From an uncultured Pseudoflavonifractor sp. (lineage in GTDB: Bacteria > Bacillota > Clostridia > Oscillospirales > Oscillospiraceae), in assembly GCA_964504285.1 (NCBI GenBank), contig CAZDDZ010000005.1, positions 1,084-65,083 on the forward strand: a stretch of 64,000 bases of DNA, read 5' to 3'. Shown here one piece after another: positions 61,070 to 64,000 of the stretch. The position numbers and the translations under genes were made by a program. Every line of letters starts with the position of its first letter. The stretch's first letter is position 1. Below the pieces are notes generated by a model that was not told the DNA's origin, did not search any database, and saw only the letters and a program-made list of their open reading frames with translations.

Positions 61070-63919
61070 ATGAAAAAGAAAATGAGCAATAAGAAATTTA
61101 CTGTCGTCTGGTCCTCGGTGCTGGCCATCGTGCTGGTGCTAACCCTGGCGGTCAACGTCCTCACCAATATCTTTAGCGGATACGTAGACCTCTATCTGGG
61201 CGCGGGCCAGGCGATTATTACCAAGACCGAAGGCTCTGAAAATTGGGACAGCGAGTACTACACGCTGGACTATACTAAGGGCGACGTAAAAAAGAACGCC
61301 AACGCACTGGTGGAGAAAATTGAGAGCGAGGGCATTGTTCTTATGAAGAATAACGGGGTCCTCCCCCTCGCCGCCAGAAGTAAGGTGACGCTGATGGGCC
61401 GCTCGGCTGCCGACCCTGTGTACGGCGGCTCCGGCTCCGGCGCTGTCAAGCTGGACACGGTGGTCGACCTTAAGAGCGGTCTGGAGAGCGCCAAGCTCAA
61501 AATTAACGAAACCGTCTATCGAATTTTGGCTGATTTCGCACCGACCAAGCCCAAGGGTGTAATCGCTATGGATAAGCCCCAGGATTCCTCTTACTACATC
61601 GGCGAGATGCCCGCCTCGGGCTACACCGCCGACGCGGTTTCCAGCTTCGCCGACTACGCCGACGCGGCCATTGTGGTCATCGGCCGGGGCGGCGGCGAGG
61701 GCGGCGACCTGACCCGGGACATGAAGGGCTGGGACGACAACTATGTGCCCGGGCAGCATCAGCTGGAGCTGACAAAAGATGAACAGGACACAATTGCCCT
61801 TGCTAAGGCAAGCTTTGAGAAGGTGGTCGTGCTGATTAACGCCTCCACCTCCATGGAGCTGGGCGAGTTGGAAAGCGACGCCGACATCGATGCCATCCTT
61901 TGGGTGGGCTCCCCCGGTCAGACCGGCTTTAATGCCGTAGGCAGCGTGCTCACGGGTGAAGTGAACCCTTCTGGACGTACTGTGGATATTTACCCCGCCG
62001 ATTTCACCAAGGACCCTTCCTTCGTAAACTTCGGCGACTATAAGTACTCTAACATCAGCAAGGCAAATGCCTCCGGCGACGGCTACTTTGTCCAGTATGA
62101 GGAGGGCATTTACATCGGCTACCGCTACTATGAGACCGCAGCCGCAGAGGGCTTTATCAACTACGACGAGGCAGTGGTCTATCCCTTTGGCTACGGCCTT
62201 TCCTACACCGACTTCGCCTGGGAGGTTGTCGGGCAGAAGCTGGGCGGCGTGGATGAAAGCATTGTGGTAGAGGTCAAGGTGACCAACACCGGCGCTGTCG
62301 CCGGTAAAGAGGTCGTGCAGCTCTATTACAGCGCCCCCTATACCAAGGGCGGCGTTGAAAAGTCCTCTGTGGTGCTGGGTGACTTTGCTAAGACCGGACT
62401 GCTGGAGCCCGGTGCAAGCGAGACGGTTACCCTCACCCTCCCCGTAGAGGAGATGGCTTCTTACGATTATCAGCAGGAAAAGTCCTATGTGCTGGACGCG
62501 GGCAGCTATAAGCTCACCGTCCAGAGTGACTCCCACACCGTCAAGGAGGGCTGTGCCCCTATTGACTATACCATTTCTAAGAAAATTGTCTTTAGCGGCG
62601 AGAATCACCGCGCGTCCGACATGTCTGCCGTCACCAATCAGTTTGACGACGTAACTGCGGGTATGACGAGCAACATGTCCCGGGCTGACTTCGCGGGTAC
62701 CTTTCCCACCGCCCCCCAGGGCGCGGATTTTGAAGCCGGAGAGGCCACCATTGCGGGGTTCCAGCCCTACAAGGCGACCGACCACGAGAATCCCGATGCC
62801 GTAATGCCTGTCACTGGCGAGGAGAACGGCCTAAGTCTTATTGATATGCGTGGACTTCCTTACGACGATGATAACTGGGATCTCCTGTTAAACCAGCTCT
62901 CTGTGAGGAGCATGTCTAAGCTCATTTTGAACGGCATGTACAAAACTGAGGCTGTAAAGTCCATCGGGAAGCCCGCTACTCAGGACTTCGACGGCCCTGC
63001 CGGTATCAGCTCCTACATGACCGCCCTCAGCAGCACCGCCTACCCCTCCGAGGTCGTCATCGCCTCCACCTTTAACACCGAGCTGGTGTATGAGATGGGC
63101 GTAATGGTGGGCAACGAAGGTCTGGCCAACAAGGTCACCGGCTGGTATGCCCCCGCCATGAACATTCACAGAAGCCCCTTTGCCGGGCGCAACTTCGAGT
63201 ATTACTCCGAGGATCCCCTCCTCTCCGGCAAGATGGGGGCGGCTTGCGTATCCGGTGCCAGCAGCAAGGGCATGTACTGCACCATTAAGCATTTTGCCGT
63301 CAACGACCAGGAGACCAACCGGGTGAATAACGGTGTCTCCTCCTGGCTTAATGAGCAGGCTATGCGGGAAATTTACCTCAAGCCCTTTGAGTACACCGTG
63401 AAGAATGCCACCCAGACCATTAAGGCCATTACCGACGACCAGGGAACCATGAGCGAAATCTCCATGAAGGGCTGCACCGCAGTCATGAGCTCCTTTAACC
63501 GCCTGGGCGGTACTTGGGCCGGCGGCAGCGTGCCCCTGATGACCAACGTACTTCGGAACGAGTGGGGCTTTGAGGGACTTGCTATTACCGACTTTGATCT
63601 TTACGACTACATGTATCCTGACCAGTCCATCGCGGCCGGTACCGATTTAATCCTCTCCACCGACGCCATGAAGAGCCTGGAGGACACCAAGAGCGCTACC
63701 GCGCTGACAAACCTGCGCAATGCCACCCACAACATTCTCTACACCGTGGTGCACTCCAGCGCCATGAACGACATCGCCCCCGGCACCATTATTACCTACA
63801 CCACCGCACCCTGGCGCACCGGATTGATGGCCGCCAACGTAGCTATTGGCGTGCTTCTCTGCGGAGGCATTGCGTGGATGGTGGTGAGAGTCAGAAAAAA
63901 CAAGGGCGAGTCCGCGTAA
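61070..63919 (+). CDS. Glycoside hydrolase family 3 enzyme with permuted domain order, an N-terminal signal-anchor and a C-terminal TM helix (paralogue of 52950-56060)
   Basis: GIVLMKNNGVLPL and YPFGYGLSYTDF precede GWYAPAMNIHRSPFAGRNFEYYSEDP, KHFAVND and WGFEGLAITDF. The C-terminal segment is LMAANVAIGVLLCGGIAWMVV. Confidence 0.9.
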   Translation: MKKKMSNKKFTVVWSSVLAIVLVLTLAVNVLTNIFSGYVDLYLGAGQAIITKTEGSENWDSEYYTLDYTKGDVKKNANALVEKIESEGIVLMKNNGVLPLAARSKVTLMGRSAADPVYGGSGSGAVKLDTVVDLKSGLESAKLKINETVYRILADFAPTKPKGVIAMDKPQDSSYYIGEMPASGYTADAVSSFADYADAAIVVIGRGGGEGGDLTRDMKGWDDNYVPGQHQLELTKDEQDTIALAKASFEKVVVLINASTSMELGELESDADIDAILWVGSPGQTGFNAVGSVLTGEVNPSGRTVDIYPADFTKDPSFVNFGDYKYSNISKANASGDGYFVQYEEGIYIGYRYYETAAAEGFINYDEAVVYPFGYGLSYTDFAWEVVGQKLGGVDESIVVEVKVTNTGAVAGKEVVQLYYSAPYTKGGVEKSSVVLGDFAKTGLLEPGASETVTLTLPVEEMASYDYQQEKSYVLDAGSYKLTVQSDSHTVKEGCAPIDYTISKKIVFSGENHRASDMSAVTNQFDDVTAGMTSNMSRADFAGTFPTAPQGADFEAGEATIAGFQPYKATDHENPDAVMPVTGEENGLSLIDMRGLPYDDDNWDLLLNQLSVRSMSKLILNGMYKTEAVKSIGKPATQDFDGPAGISSYMTALSSTAYPSEVVIASTFNTELVYEMGVMVGNEGLANKVTGWYAPAMNIHRSPFAGRNFEYYSEDPLLSGKMGAACVSGASSKGMYCTIKHFAVNDQETNRVNNGVSSWLNEQAMREIYLKPFEYTVKNATQTIKAITDDQGTMSEISMKGCTAVMSSFNRLGGTWAGGSVPLMTNVLRNEWGFEGLAITDFDLYDYMYPDQSIAAGTDLILSTDAMKSLEDTKSATALTNLRNATHNILYTVVHSSAMNDIAPGTIITYTTAPWRTGLMAANVAIGVLLCGGIAWMVVRVRKNKGESA

Positions 63920-63978
63920 AATAGAGAAAAGATTTAATTCTTCTGTAATATAATTAGCTTTTCTGCTTAACAACTTGT

Positions 63979-64000
63979 GGGTATGATAATAACTGCAAGA
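63979..64000 (+). repeat. Start of a further family-C copy, cut by the window edge
   Basis: gggtatgataataactgcaaga matches cggtatggtataataactgcaatg at 34404-34427. Confidence 0.4.

Noticed and set aside
1-64000. rRNA, tRNA, transposase, integrase, prophage, toxin-antitoxin or known defence-system genes
   Set aside because: No ORF product shows the corresponding motifs (DDE/HUH transposase, tyrosine or serine recombinase, Cas, restriction-modification). No cloverleaf-like or rRNA-like sequence was noticed in the intergenic regions. The MITE-like elements therefore appear non-autonomous within this window.

Overview
This 64-kb chromosomal window looks like a Gram-positive, Clostridia-like anaerobe. 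That is an inference from GGAGG-type RBSs, glgBCDAP gene order, an SLH-anchored surface protein and AgrC/LytTR-type two-component systems. Coding DNA is visibly GC-rich, with AT-richer islands. I recognised no rRNA, tRNA, CRISPR array, transposase, integrase or phage genes.

Gene content, left to right:
1. 111-10646: a GntR-controlled uptake and catabolic locus. It has a Liv/HAAT-type ABC transporter, an HpcH-type and a DapA/NanA-type pyruvate aldolase, a PfkB ribokinase-like kinase, a single-domain KdsD-like SIS isomerase, an RbsD/FucU protein and an SDR.
2. 11047-19408: the glycogen operon glgB-C-D-A-P, with a near-consensus promoter.
3. 19779-25720: an XRE regulator, a D-Ala-D-Ala carboxypeptidase, a small hypothetical protein, a tandem-HD HD-GYP protein, a flavin reductase-rubredoxin fusion and a lipoprotein with two FMN_bind-like repeats.
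4. 25978-28699: a divergent histidine kinase and OmpR-type regulator pair.
5. 29003-34036: a cobalamin riboswitch with terminator, controlling one roughly 1550-aa SLH-anchored surface protein that carries transcobalamin-like (DUF4430) domains.
6. 34614-42935: kdpDE, convergent with a micro-ORF-kdpF-A-B-C operon.
7. 43374-49590: a Nik/Opp-type ABC operon with short ATPases, followed by FmdE-like and TPR proteins.
8. 50002-63919: two AgrC/LytTR-type two-component systems and three GH3 glycosidases. Two of the GH3 enzymes are domain-permuted and membrane-anchored at both ends.

Three non-coding repeat families overlie this. Two are TA-flanked MITE-like elements of about 164 bp, one of them in at least five full copies plus relics. 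Some copies sit inside operons and regenerate stop codons. The third is a roughly 105-bp modular three-hairpin repeat with compensatory stem changes and a TGGTATAAT motif.

The most interesting candidates are the B12-riboswitch-controlled surface protein, the unusual catabolic locus built around a KdsD-like isomerase, and the structured repeat families.
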